Positions 24,002 to 35,843 are shown, counted from the first letter of the stretch. The stretch is 64,000 nucleotides of DNA from Peribolospora baueri (GCA_029717555.1 JAMDHS010000006.1:248001-312000); one strand, 5' to 3'. The notes: generated from the sequence alone by a model not told the origin. Made by a program: numbers and translations.

Positions 24002-25283
24002 TCAAAACGTCTGCCCAACGAGCTCCTCGCTCAGCTTCCATAGCTTGAGTGCATCCTCCTGTGTATGATTAATAGACATGATGAGAGGAGCGAGATGAGA
24101 TTTTATCTAAAGCGAAAGAAAAATGGCCTGAGACACCAACTCACGTCACTTCTCGCATGAGATGCCACGATGTCGTTGGCAAGGCTGCAGTCCACGAGGT
24201 AGGACCCTGGCTCGGAGTCGATCGATGGATCGAGCGCCGCTACCACGGTCCTGGGTAATGGATTGACCGAGTCGGGTATGGCGTATTAGCATTGAACGGT
24301 ATATAAAAGTCGATATGACACCGCTCTCCCGAACTTCACTCACGTAGCGGCGCCTTGAGGGACCGACTTGAACTTTTCGGGCCCGAGTGTCCCATCCTCA
24401 TTCAGAAGTCTAAGGGAGACCATCTCCTCCTTGCTCAAGTACCTCCCCAGATTAGTCCAGATTACGCCTGGGTGCAAACTGTACGACAGTATGCCATCGG
24501 CCTTGAGACGAAGGCAGAGAGCCTTGGAGAAGAGAATGTTGGCGGTCTTTGATTGGCCGTAAGCGACCCACTTGTCGTAGGTACTTCCGGAGGAGAAGCC
24601 GGGGTCGTCGAAGTGAATTCCTGATCTGGCGTGGCCCTGGGATGAGACGTTGATGATGCGTGGCTTGAAGCCTGAGGATGAAGATTCGGTAGCGGCGGCA
24701 CGCAACTTGGGCAAGATGAGGTTCGTAAACGTGAAGTGTCCCAAATGATTCGTGCCGAATTGGTTCTCGAAGCCGTCAGCCGTGGTCATGTAAGGGCACG
24801 CCAATACGGCCGCGTTGTTGATAAGGAGATGGATCGGCTCAGGCCAGCTCATAACCTCCGCCGCAGCCTTGTGGACGCTCGCTTGCGACGAAAGGTCGAG
24901 GATGAGGGGACGCATATTCGCGCTTGGGGTCTCTTGCCGGATCGAGGTGAGAACGGAAGAAAGCTTGGTAGCGTCGCGTCCCGTCGCAATGACGAGCCCC
25001 GCGCCGTTCTTTGCAAAGACGCGGGCCACTTCGGCACCAAGGCCACCTGGAGAACCGCCTGTGACGAGGACTGGGCGAGAAAGAAGATAGAATAGAAATT
25101 CACGAATTAAAGGGAAAAAGAACACGAAGAAAACAAAATTCAACTGGTTAGCGCTATACGTGCTCATCCTTCAATGTCCAAACTAGATTTTTCAGGATCA
25201 CCATTGAGCCCCTTCACCCTAGCGGCAAAAGCCGACGCGACTTCGTCCGCCGTGGTCTTCGCGCTGAAAGAACGAGCAGCCAT
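24002..25283 (-). CDS. Short-chain dehydrogenase/reductase (retinol dehydrogenase/WWOX-like), 4 exons
   Basis: MAARSFSAKTTADEVA../VLVTGGSPGGLGAE..LINNAA..FGTNHLGHF..YGQSKTANILF..SLHPG..KSVPQGAAT/TVVAALDP..GSYLVDC../EDALKLWKLSEELVGQTF*. TATA-like element near 25420. Confidence 0.93.
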
Positions 25284-26890
25284 GATGGTGTTGCTAATGC
25301 AATGGATATGTTCAACCGAACAAAGAGTTGTGAAGAGCTGTGCAGAGTAGTGAAGGACGGTTAAGAGAAAGTGTGGTGTGTAGTACAGGGTTCTCCGAGA
25401 CGACGAAAAGTTGGTCTGTTTTATACTTTCTCTGCTCGCTTCACTACACCATGGGATGCTGGCTGGAAGCAGCTGACGCAGCCCTGGCTCGCACGAACAA
25501 TTAATTGCGCGTCGTTTTGGCCGACTCGGCTCGTGCCGATGCCGCCCTGACGTCACGCGCTGCGGTCCTAAGCGGCTGTAAGCGGGGAATCGCGCTCCGT
25601 CGTGCGTCGTCTCGATTAACCATTGACAGCGGGTGCCTATCCTGTTTCCATCGTTTACACTCGGGCGGAAGCGAGCGGGAGACGATGTGCCGGAGTTTGT
25701 CGTCCACTCTTGGCACTCGACCGCAAGCTTGCGGCGTGTACATGTCGAGCGATGGGAGAGGAGAGGCAGTCGCCAGAAACGATGATCGTTCTTTTGCCGA
25801 ATGCCATCACATTATTGAAGAAGCGGCCTACCTGTCAAGTCGGGGATTATCCACTGCTCGGCGGAACGACGCACGGCAATTGCAAGTTAGCGCACCGATT
25901 CGGTCTTGCCAGATGGATAATGTATGAACGGCAGCAAAGGGAAGAGGCTGCCGAGAGTACCGGGGCGTCTCCGAGAACAGCAAGCGCACGTCTCGTGCGT
26001 ATTTCTTCGCCTTGTCGTCGGTTGGAATGGCTGCCAGTTATTTGTTGCGTGACGTCCTCTTTCCGGTCAGAACTCATGAGGTGAACAGCGTGGCTCGTTC
26101 GGCGACAAATGCTTCGAGCGCGCGTCTTCCCGTGATCCGTTCAAAGTCCCCTGCCATGGTGGCGATGTGCTCCTGAGTGTGCGGCGGGAATTTTGCGGGG
26201 AAGAGGATGCGCTCGGCCCATGTGTCGAACGGTACATCTACGTAGGACACGGGCCTGTTGAGCGCGCGCGAGTATTCCTTTGCGACGTCGCTCGCGCATC
26301 CATTCAGGCTGGCTGCTGCCTACGTCCTGAAGACACGGCCCCCGAGAACGGGCGTGCCAGCTTCTTCTCCCTCTTCTCCCTCTCCCTCGTCCGCTCCAGA
26401 TCCACAAGCTGCTCTGCATTGGTCGACTCTCCTTCTTCGCTGTACGATTGTACACGCATAGTCCCCGAGCGTCCCATACGCGCAGCATTTGCATTTGTCG
26501 CTCAGTCTGCTGTCCGTTGTCTACTACCGGTAGTGTGTATGCCCTGGTTATGACCGTGACAGGGAGAGTAACCGTAGCCTTGAAGAGAGGCCGCCATGAT
26601 CGAAGGCATGCCTTACGGCGGAGATCGATGGGCCCGCCCCACTTCTCGGGAGACGGGGATGAAAGTGAGAAAGGAGAGGTTACGACTGCCCGTAAGACGG
26701 TGGGGCGCCGGATCGTCAATTTCAAGGGTGATGATCGGAGAGCGGATTTTTCCAGGTGATATGATTATGTAAGCAACGTTGCACGCGTGGACCGCCGACC
26801 AAAGGTCCTCATATGTATGAGGGTAACTTGGTTTATCTCCACCATAATCACGTACTGTTGGCTAGGTATGGACTGGGCTCGCCTGTCCAT

Positions 26891-26988
26891 GGAAGCCTCC
26901 AGAAGTTTCCAGGGCCGTCGGTGCGAGGTCCAAGCTCCATCGGCGGTGACGATACGTGTTGCTGGGCCCCGCGTTTCGAGAATGTTCA
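26891..26988 (+). promoter_or_regulatory. Two heat-shock elements (nGAAn inverted arrays) upstream of HSP20
   Basis: gGAAgcCTCcaGAAgtTTCc at 26891-26910 and a perfect TTCgaGAAtgTTC at 26975-26987. TATATAA at 27079-27085. Confidence 0.85.
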
Positions 26989-27197
26989 TGTCTCATCTGG
27001 GGAGATCCAGAAAGGTCAGGCTCATCTCATCAACGTCAGTGCTCTTCTCACAGACGGCGGGACGCAAGGGCTCCAAAGTATATAAGCGCCACCTCAGGTC
27101 GTGTTGCTCACATCTCATCAGCTCAAAACAGGTCAAACAGACATCTCTTGCAGTTCACTCTCACCCATCTCTGATACCGATCCACCAACGACAAGCA

Positions 27198-27854
27198 ATG
27201 GCTCTCACCACCCGCGACCTCTTCGGCGACGAGCTCTTTGGCGACTTCTTTGCCACTGATCCTTTCGCCGTCTTCTGGCCCCAAGGCTACACTCGCAGCG
27301 AGCCCGCTGGTCAAGGCCAGGGCCAGGTTGCTCAGAATCAAGGCCGTATTTCGAAGTGGATGTCTCCTCGTACGGTAAGTTCCCTCACTTTTCTCCACCT
27401 CGGAGCGAGGAACATGAAAGAAGGATTACAAGTTGGTGTTGACTGATGTTTTGGTTGCATTTCTGAAATGAATTACCAGGACATCGTCGATCACGAAGAC
27501 AAGACCGTCTTCCACATCGATCTTCCTGGCATCCCTCGCGAGTCGCTGAAAGTCGACCTCGACGAGCGCACCCACCAGCTCACCATCTCTGGCGAATATT
27601 CGTCCGAGACGAAGACGGGCGGTGAACAGGAACAGAAGCAGGACGCAGGCAAGGAAAAGCAGAAGACGACGGGACCGAGGCACATCCTCCGTGAGAGGAG
27701 GTGGGGCAGCTTCTCGAGGACGTTCACCGTGCCCAAGGACACCAAGGGCGAGGACGTGAAGGCGGACCTCAAGAAGGGTGTGCTCTCCGTCGAGATCAAG
27801 AAGAGGCAGCCGGCCTTGCCTGCCGAGTCCGTTAAGTCGATCACCGTAGGATAA
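27198..27854 (+). CDS. HSP20: Small heat-shock protein (HSP20/alpha-crystallin); intron 27375-27479
   Basis: MSPRT/DIVDHEDKTVFHIDLPGI..LTISGE..LRERRWGSFSRTFTVP..VKADLKKGVLSVEI..VKSITVG. Confidence 0.95.
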
Positions 27855-29494
27855 GCGAAGGGTCGTCTCGGTCGGTGCAGCGGGCCACCGATGCCAATGT
27901 GTTCCACGCACAAACACACAATCTTAGCGTCCACTTCATGACCATCTTTTTTCTTCCATGTTTTTTTTTTTCGACGCGTCCCCTTCCTTCCATCTGTATT
28001 CGCTTTAGGTTATGCACCTTGACCCTGTTTGAACCCCAGCATCTGTATTCTCGCTTTTATCTGTACCTTTTCTGCGCCGCTTTTCTTTCCACATCGGCCT
28101 TAACCTTCTCGTCCATGTCACCGTAAATGAATCAAAGCCATTGAGTATCATCTCTGTACGTCTGACGTCTCGTTCGTATCGATAGGTGATAGGAAGGAAA
28201 ACAAGGTCGGCTGAGTGGCAGGCCGACGACTCGAAAGTGGCAGATCGCCCTGACGGAATGACAGGCCTGTTCGCAGCCGTTAGCGTTCATCCAAGGCCAC
28301 CCGGTCCATTTGACCGTCTATGCAGCTCAGCACTCCAATCTCGCCTGCTCTCCATCCTTCGCCTTCCATTATGCCCTCCCCGGCCCATCTCGCCCCGCCT
28401 TCATGAGGAGATGAGATTGCGGCGCTTACTTGGATTCCTTACCGCGCAATCCCGAAACATTTCGACGAAAATATATATTTTCTCGTCATTCCCGTTGGCT
28501 CATAACCGACCGTGCCTTCTTAACACGAGCAGTAGATACCGCCGACGTGGCAGCAGTCCGATCGGCAGTCGAGGCGTAGCTCGAGGCGGTTTTGCCTCGC
28601 GTAGGACGCCTCGCGTAGGCACGTCTCCGGCCCGAGCACGAAAAGATGACCGGCGTTCTCCGCCGGGGTCCCTGCTCCCTCGGTTGCCAGATGGCAAGCG
28701 AGGCACCGGGTGATAAGGCTCGTCTGTGAGGCCGCCTTGGACGCTCCAGTTCGCGGTCGCTTCCAGCAAACTCCGTTGGATACCACATGGACAGCTCGAC
28801 GACGGCCTCAAATCAGACCAGTCGATGGGAGACAAGTGCTGGCGCAGATACGGACAGCATGTAAGGACGAATGGGGGCGATTCGACGTCGAGCTGACCTC
28901 GTACGAGCAGTGAAGGATCACGCATTGCGCGTGGAATCTCATTACGCCGGTCGAGATATCACGTGAGCGACTATCCCTTCCGTCGCTTATCCCCCTCTCT
29001 CTCTGTGCTCCATGCTCGCTTCTTCGTTTCTTCCGCTTGCTTGCCTACAAAAATATAACTCCACTTGCAACCGCGCTCTCCGCCGCCGTGCCTGAGCCGC
29101 TGATCCACATGCTCAGCGAAGGAAGAGAGATAAGAGCGGGGCGCCCGGCGTCTGCTCTTCCTTCTCTCCTGTCTTGCTGGGCCACTCTCTCTTCCGTCGT
29201 TCCGTTCGGACTCAAAAAGTCGGATTGCAGGTCGTGACATATCTAACCACGGCGTCTTCACAAGTCGTACGACTAGTTAGCGACGGGCGGGGGCCGAGGA
29301 GGACGAGTACAGATAAAAAAGGAAGCAAGGCTTCCGTCCTCCTTCCTTTCTTTCGTCCTCCCCTCCTTCCTTCTTCCCCCTTCAGGCGTTCATCCGCCCC
29401 TTCCCCGCTCCTCCAGGCGCTCATCCGCCCTCCTCCCTCCACATCGTCGCGCTTTTCCACCTTTCGGTCCTCTCTCCGGTCGTAGACATTCAAC

Positions 29495-31488
29495 ATGTCC
29501 CTCAAGTCCGACGACCCGGAAAAGGGCCTCGCCCACTCCGGCCGCCTCGCTTCCCCGTACGTAGTTGAGGCAGCCAAGGAGGGGGAGGAGCGTCAGCACA
29601 CCTTCAGCGACCGCCGCGCCCTCGAAGAGTTTCGCCCCGAGGAGGCCATCGCCTCGCGCTTTGGAAGCGCCGGCAAACTGCTCGCCAAGCTCTTCGACTC
29701 GGGCGTGGAGGCGCGCGGCGTGGAGAGGGTGCCAGAGGAGGAGCGCGATCCTCGGAACACCATCGGCAACTTGTTCTTGTGGTGGTCCGTCAACGCCGTG
29801 CTCACCACCCTGCCCATCGGATGCCTCGCCCAGCTCTACTTCACCCTCGCCCTACCCCACGCGATCGCCGTCATCGCCTGCTTCGCCGCCGTCGGCAGCG
29901 CATGTGCGGCCTTCATTGCTACCCTAGGCCCACAGACGGGCATGCGAACCATGATCATTTCCCGCTACGCCGCCGGTTGGGCGGGAGGATCGATCTTCGC
30001 AGTGTTCAATATTCTCACCGAGCTCGGCTTTTCCGTCACTTGCGTCATCCTCGGAGGTCAGACGCTTGCCAGCATCAACGACACCTTGCCGCTCACCGCT
30101 GCCATCATAATCATCGCCGTGCGTCTTCCGTGCCTCCTACTCTCGGCTGGCGTGACTCGGCGTCGCCGGTACTCCTTCTCTGACCTGTTTCGCACATCGC
30201 TCTTCTCTTCCCTCACTCCCCATTCATGCATCGCTCCCAGGTCTGCACACTCGTCATCTGCTTCTTTGGCTACTCAGCTCTGCACCGCTATGAGCGCTTC
30301 GCGTGGATGGTGCTCGTGGTCATCTTCTGCATGCTCTACGGTCTAGGCGGCAAGGCGGGCTACAACCTTTCGGCACAGAAGGCGAGCGAGGACACAGGAC
30401 GCAACTTGGCCGGCGACGTGCTCTCCTTTGGCGGCGTCGTCTTCGGCTCCGCCAGCGGCTGGGCGCCCGTCGCGGCGGACTACAACGTGAAACTGCCGTC
30501 CAAGACGTCGCCAGCGTACGTCTTCCTCCTCACCTGGCTCGGCCTGTTCATCCCCATTTTCTGGGTCGAGACGCTGGGCGCCTGCCTGATGACCATCCCG
30601 GGCGGCGAGGACGCGTACAACGCCGGTGGCGCTGGCGCGCTCCTCTCCCTCGTTCTCTCACCCTGGGGCGGCTTCGGCAAGTTCCTCCTCGTCATTCTTT
30701 CCTTGTCGGTCATCGGCAACAATATCCCAAACACGTACTCCACAGCCCTCTCCATCCAGGCCCTCGGCAGGCCCTTCCAACTCTTCCCCAGGGCGCTCTG
30801 GACGGTCCTCGTGGCCGTTGCCTACACCGTCGCCGGCGTCGCCGGAAGGGCACACTTTTCCGAAATCCTCAACAACTTTCTGTCCATCTTGTCTTATTGG
30901 ACGGGTGAGTGTCGCGAGCGATTCCAAGCCCGCTCCGTCAGATAGGTTCCCGCTGCTTTGACTCGATCAAAGTGCTGACGATTCCCTGTCCCCCCCCCCT
31001 CCCTCGGCCGCACCACAGCCTTCTTCGTCGTCATCGTCGCCGAGGAGCACTTCATCTTCCGACGAAAATCGGGCTATGACTTTGACGCTTATGACCAGCC
31101 GCGCAAGCTTCCCCTTGGCATCGCTGGCATGTGAGTAACGCCAACCGTAACCGCGACCGCAACCCCGGCGTATCGTCATCGTCCCATTGCTTCCCTTCCT
31201 TTTGTCGTTGAATCAATCCCTCGCTCACAACTCCATCCATCCCTCCCTCCCTCCCCGCCCCTCCCCTCCCCTTCCCTTTCCTTCCCCGCACTGGGAAACA
31301 GCCTCGCAACATGTTGCGGCATAGCAGGAGCAGTAGTAGGCATGTCCGAGACATGGTACAAAGGCCCCATCGCTCTCCTGATCGCCAATCCCTACGGAGC
31401 AGACCTCGGCTTCGAACTCGCCGCCGTCTTTGCCGCCGTTGCCTTTCCTCCGCTCAGATGGGCCGAGATTAGGTTGATAGGCAGGTAA
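29495..31488 (+). CDS. FCY2: NCS1-family purine-cytosine permease (Fcy2-like), multi-exon
   Basis: GVEARGVERVPEEER; LGPQTGMRTMIISRY; GWAPVAADY; GNNIPNTYS; NNFLSILSYW; EEHFIFR; WYKGPIA..ADLGFE..LRWAE. Stop TAA at 31486-31488. Confidence 0.93.
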
Positions 31489-32070
31489 GGGTGGGTGGCT
31501 GGCCGACGGATGGATGGGCCGGGCGGACTGGGTCTTTTCTTTTTTTGCCTTCGGTCGTCCGCCTTCATCCCTTGGCTGTATTTTGTTTTTCTTCTTTTGG
31601 CTCTTCACTTTCTTTCCTCCGACCTTCGACGCGCGGAAGAGAGAGGACATGGAGAAGTGATTGTAGGTGTGTTTTTGAAAGCGATAAGTGTTAGGATGTG
31701 ACCGTTGCGCGCGTAAGGTACGAACAAGTTGTTCGTGTCGAAGACCCCGTCTGCGCAAGCGGCCGACCATGGGCGAGTCGCGGCACGCGTCGTTGACGTG
31801 AAGGGAGAAGCCGTCTTTCTTAAGTTAAGCTTTTTTCTTCTAACAAACTCGCGCCCGTCCGTCTCTCTCCGTTGTCCCACCCCTTCCGCTGACAGAGGAC
31901 TCTTTTTCCCCTCATACATCTGGTTGAATAGCGCCAGCCACGAGATCCGCATTGCCGTCACAGCTGCCTCGTGTTTTGACAGGCCTGACTAAAGGTTGTT
32001 TTAGGTAGGTATTAGATATGAGTCTAGAATATCTCCTCTTGTGGTTAGGGCTCATGGATATGGTCTCAAG

Positions 32071-32131
32071 ACACGAGGCGAACACGAGGACAACACGAGG
32101 CCGAGTAACACGAGGCCGAGTAACACGAGGC
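32071..32131. repeat. Array of five (A)ACACGAGG motifs including a 15-bp perfect tandem (AACACGAGGCCGAGT)x2
   Basis: Copies at 32071, 32081, 32092, 32107 and 32122; a further CACGAGG at 32181. Confidence 0.85.
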
Positions 32132-32447
32132 GGCGATCAACAGAACGTTAAAGGTACGTACAATGACCATGAGACACGGCCACGAGGCGAGTTCCGTGCG
32201 CTAGTATGTGACCTCGCCGGCTTGGCAGCCGCCATTGTCTGTGCGAGATCCATAATTAACTAAGGGTTCTGTCTCGCGCCAGCGGCGACTATCCGCATTT
32301 TCTCCCTCCCATCGTGCAAAGTATATACATCTCTCTACATTCCACCAGCCCCATAAAATGTGCCCTCCTTTCCGCTCTGGGACTGTCAGCCAGTCCGTCC
32401 GGATCAATCCACTTCGAATCCGTTGAGCTTTCACACCTCTATCGACG

Positions 32448-33088
32448 ATGAAACTCCTCTCACCGGCCTCAAATGTCACCGATGCCCTTTCTCTCCAAGG
32501 CTCTCTTCTCGAGTTCATCGGCGACCGCGTGAGCTGGCTCTTGGATATGATCGGTCGCTGGCTGCTCGACACCGGTACTGCATTTATCGAGTGGCTTTCC
32601 GACACCGGTACTGCATTCACCGAGTGGCTTTCCCAGCCCCGTGCGTAGTTTCCGGACCCCGTCTTGACTTGGCCACAGAACAGGATCGCTAACCTGCCCA
32701 TTAAATTCCGGCAGATATCTGGATCCTACTCTTGGTCTGGGTGTGCACATTCACCGTCACAATTGTCATCCTCTTTGTCATCCTCTATTGGCTAGGTTTT
32801 GGACCAATAGGTGTCATCCTTGGTTCGTCCATATTGTCCCCAAGCTTGTGTTGAGTCAAATGTCACAATGCCGCTCACTCTGACCTGACCTGACAAACGT
32901 AAACAGGTTCTTGCGCGGCGGCCTTCCAAGCCTACATGTACGGTGGCTTCACCCCCGCCGGCGGCCTGTTCGCCACCTTGACCAGTATAGGCATGCTCGG
33001 CTGGGCGACGCCGACGGTAGCGGTTGTAGCGGCGGCCGTTGCGAGCATCGCAACGGCCATTGCGTGGGCTTGTGGGTTGGGGAAATGA
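32448..33088 (+). CDS. Small multi-pass membrane protein, IFI6/IFI27 (ISG12)-like; exons 32448-32640, 32715-32822, 32907-33088
   Basis: The spliced product reads ..EWLSQPHIWILLLVWVCTFTVTIVILFVILYWLGFGPIGVILGSCAAAFQAYMYGGFTPAGGLFATLTSIGMLG... This matches the ISG12 motif GF..GI.AGS.AA..(Q)S..YGG..AG.LFA.LQS.G. Both introns are GT-AG and preserve frame. TATATA near 32322. Confidence 0.8.
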
Positions 33089-35084
33089 GTTATCGTAGGT
33101 GTGTCAAGAGCAAGAATTCCGAAGCGGATGTGCTCGTCTGTAACTTCCTTCTTGTGGTGAGAACCCGAAGCAGAAACAGCATCTCCATCGTTCTTTCGTC
33201 CGTCAGTGAGTGCAAATGGAAAACGAAGAGTTCCAGCTCAAAGTTACTCGCATTTGGGTCAGGCCGCCCTCAGTCATACTTGAAAACTACAACCCCTTGG
33301 CTCTGCGGCAAGATCTATGAGGAAGACGGTAGGAGGTGACGTTTCGAAGAGGATATGTGTCGTGACGAGGTCAGCGCCAACTTCCTTGTTCTCTTCGTTG
33401 TGCCACTTTCGTTTGTTGTATGACACCTTTCTCCTGCCGTTCTCCTTCACTCTCTCTTCTTGCTTTGCCTGTCCTATTGTTAAGGAAATGGGACCTGGCT
33501 CCCAATTCCCCAAGCGAGACTCACATAGGTAGAACTTATCATCCTCGCCTCCAGGAACGGAGCCCCATTTCTGACTCTCCGCTATGCCGGAAGTGATCGG
33601 ACGGTGTTTTATCTGAATCGACCCGCTCCCGGGGAACATCCATCTCGGCCATTACCACACCTGCCGCCGTTCAACTCCGCTTCTGCCCAATTGCACCTCC
33701 GTCGTTCGACGAGTCGACGCTACCCATACCATCACCACCAAGTCAAACCACCCTCCGCGAACACCCCCGTCGTGGTACTTCTTACCTTCCGCCGTCGATC
33801 AGCAAGTCCGCCTGCTCAGCGAAACTAGCGAGCGTAACGTCCGTCGCAATTGGTTCCTTTGTCGTTCTCTCACAGCACGTACATCCTGATAGAGTTTCGT
33901 TCCGTTCTGGATGGACCAGTAACTGACAACCCACATGCTTGCTCCGCATTAGCGAGCGTAACGTCTGTCGCATTCGTGTCCTTCTCTCACACCACAAAAA
34001 AAAGGCCTCTGTCCTCTTTCATCATGGAGTTCCGGCTGCTTCTTTATATAGGCAGGCAAATTAGTAAAGAGATAGAGCAGGGAAGAGGGGATCATCATGT
34101 TACCGACTGCGGCGCTCGCTGCACGTAAAAAACATCCCCACAACGGAGGTTTGTTGGTAGATGAAGATGGTCGGTAACTGAAGCCGGGGCGGTAACTAGA
34201 GACGATCAGTAACTGAATATCAGTAGCTGAAGACCTTTACAGCGAGAGCAGAACCACCGCCCCACTTCTCCACTTCCAGTCTTTCTTGCTGAACCCACCT
34301 GGCTCCCTCCCAGCGTGGCGATGGGAGCAACCGGAGAAACTCGAACCGGACAGAGGCGACCGGTGTTAATCTGGCGTGTTCACACCATTCTGGCAGGGCA
34401 CTGCTGTCACGCCATCCGCGGCCGCCAGGCTAGCGCACGCCAGTTGACTTGCGCATTGCGAGTCGGTGGCTCGATCATCTGCTGCTCTAACTGCCCGTCT
34501 CCGCAGCATGTAAGAGCTTCCACAGCTGATGGACAGGCCGAGACCAGATAAGGTCGCCGGTTGATCCAGTGGGAAGAAACTTCGCCTTTCCCTCCTGAGA
34601 TCGAACCCCGCCTATCAGCGTGCCCATGTCCTAGTCTCGAGCTTGGATAGACGCCTCCGCGTCACGATTGGGCCGTTCGTGGTCGAAAACGTTTTGGGAG
34701 ATGGGATCTCGCACGTCGAGGCGAGGTCAAGGTTCGCATCCAGTTATGAACTGTACCTCGGCGCAGTAAAGTAGCTCAGAGTGGATGGCCTACGCGGCTA
34801 AAGCTAGCATGTGGCAAGAAGTCACGGGCAGTTGGAGGCTCGTACCTTCTCTTGCGATAGTCGCGGTCCAGAACATTCTGCTTCCACCTTCGGATATTGA
34901 TGATATGGTTCTCCATCTGCTTCTTTGGCGGGGCAGGAATAGCGCCAGCTGGGGCAGTTAAAAGGGATCAACTCTCTTCTGCTATCTCGCACAAGAACCC
35001 CTACCGCCCTCCATCCCCTCACTCTCTCGTTCGTGGCACACCACCCATCTGCTCATAACTCGACGCTCGATACTCTTCAACGAT

Positions 35085-35843
35085 ATGACCCTCTTCGACC
35101 GACAGCCGGGGACGCGCTGGCCTTCTCGGAAAGATCTGGTTCGAGATCTTCCTCAGCTGGCGATTTATGCGATCCAACTTCCTGGCCTCAGTCTTTCCCT
35201 GCCTCTTCTTCACCTTGGGCGCATGGCATCAGGCCCACGCCCGGCTCGATCGGCTGCCCATCGCGCTTGCGGAGGGATTGGTGTACTCGTGGCTGGTCAT
35301 TTACGTGCACGAACTGTTCAACCAGATCATCGGCGCCGAGGAAGACCACATTAACAAACCAAGCCGGCCCATCCCTCCGGACTGTGCACCGAAGAAGGAG
35401 CCCGTAAGCGAGTCCCGTACGCCGTGGCGGCGTTCGTGCTGTACGCTGCGCTCATTGGCGCAGTGTGGTGGTCTCTGCTATGGGTAGGGTCGATCATCGG
35501 CTACCACGTCGGAGGCCACAAGTTGTGGCATATCCGAATTCTATACGCTGCGACCGGCGTTGTGGTGTTCCTCGGAGGCGGCTGGGCAGCGGGATACCAG
35601 GGGCCGGAAACCGCCGTAGCATGGACCTGGTACGCTGCCAGTTCCTGTTGGACCGGAGTCGGTTGCATACAAGACCAGCGAGACGTCGAGGGTGACCGCC
35701 TTGTGGGACGCCGAACTCTGCCGATAGTCATCGGTGACCGTGTCACGCGCATCTTGGGCGCCGCGTTCCTCATCATCGGCTCACCCGCCAGCGTAGGCAT
35801 CCCGTTGCTAATGTGGTCCAGACGGCCCGTGCTCAAGCCGTAA
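35085..35843 (+). pseudogene. UbiA-family prenyltransferase / UbiA-type terpene cyclase, frameshifted, no introns in the recognisable part
   Basis: FEIFLSWRFMRSN..YVHELFNQIIGAEEDHINKPSRPIP/SGLCTEEGARKR..QDQRDVEGDRLVGRRTLPIVIGDRVTR. Both Asp-rich UbiA motifs are present. A 1-nt deletion lies near 35375, the ATG at 35085 is out of frame, and the C-terminal helices are missing. Confidence 0.85.

Noticed and set aside
28530..28913. Coding-like remnant (..ACKDEWGRFDVELTSYEQ)
   Set aside because: There are multiple stops upstream and no recognisable family.
29085..29130. TPP riboswitch upstream of the NCS1 permease (CTGAG..CTGATC..AGCGAAGGAA)
   Set aside because: It lacks the GGNTAATNCC P5 stem-loop and the GCTGAGA context; only a simple ctgagc/gctcag hairpin is present.
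33274..33640. Possible decayed minus-strand gene with a GTGAGT donor
   Set aside because: I could not assemble a consistent ORF or recognise a domain.
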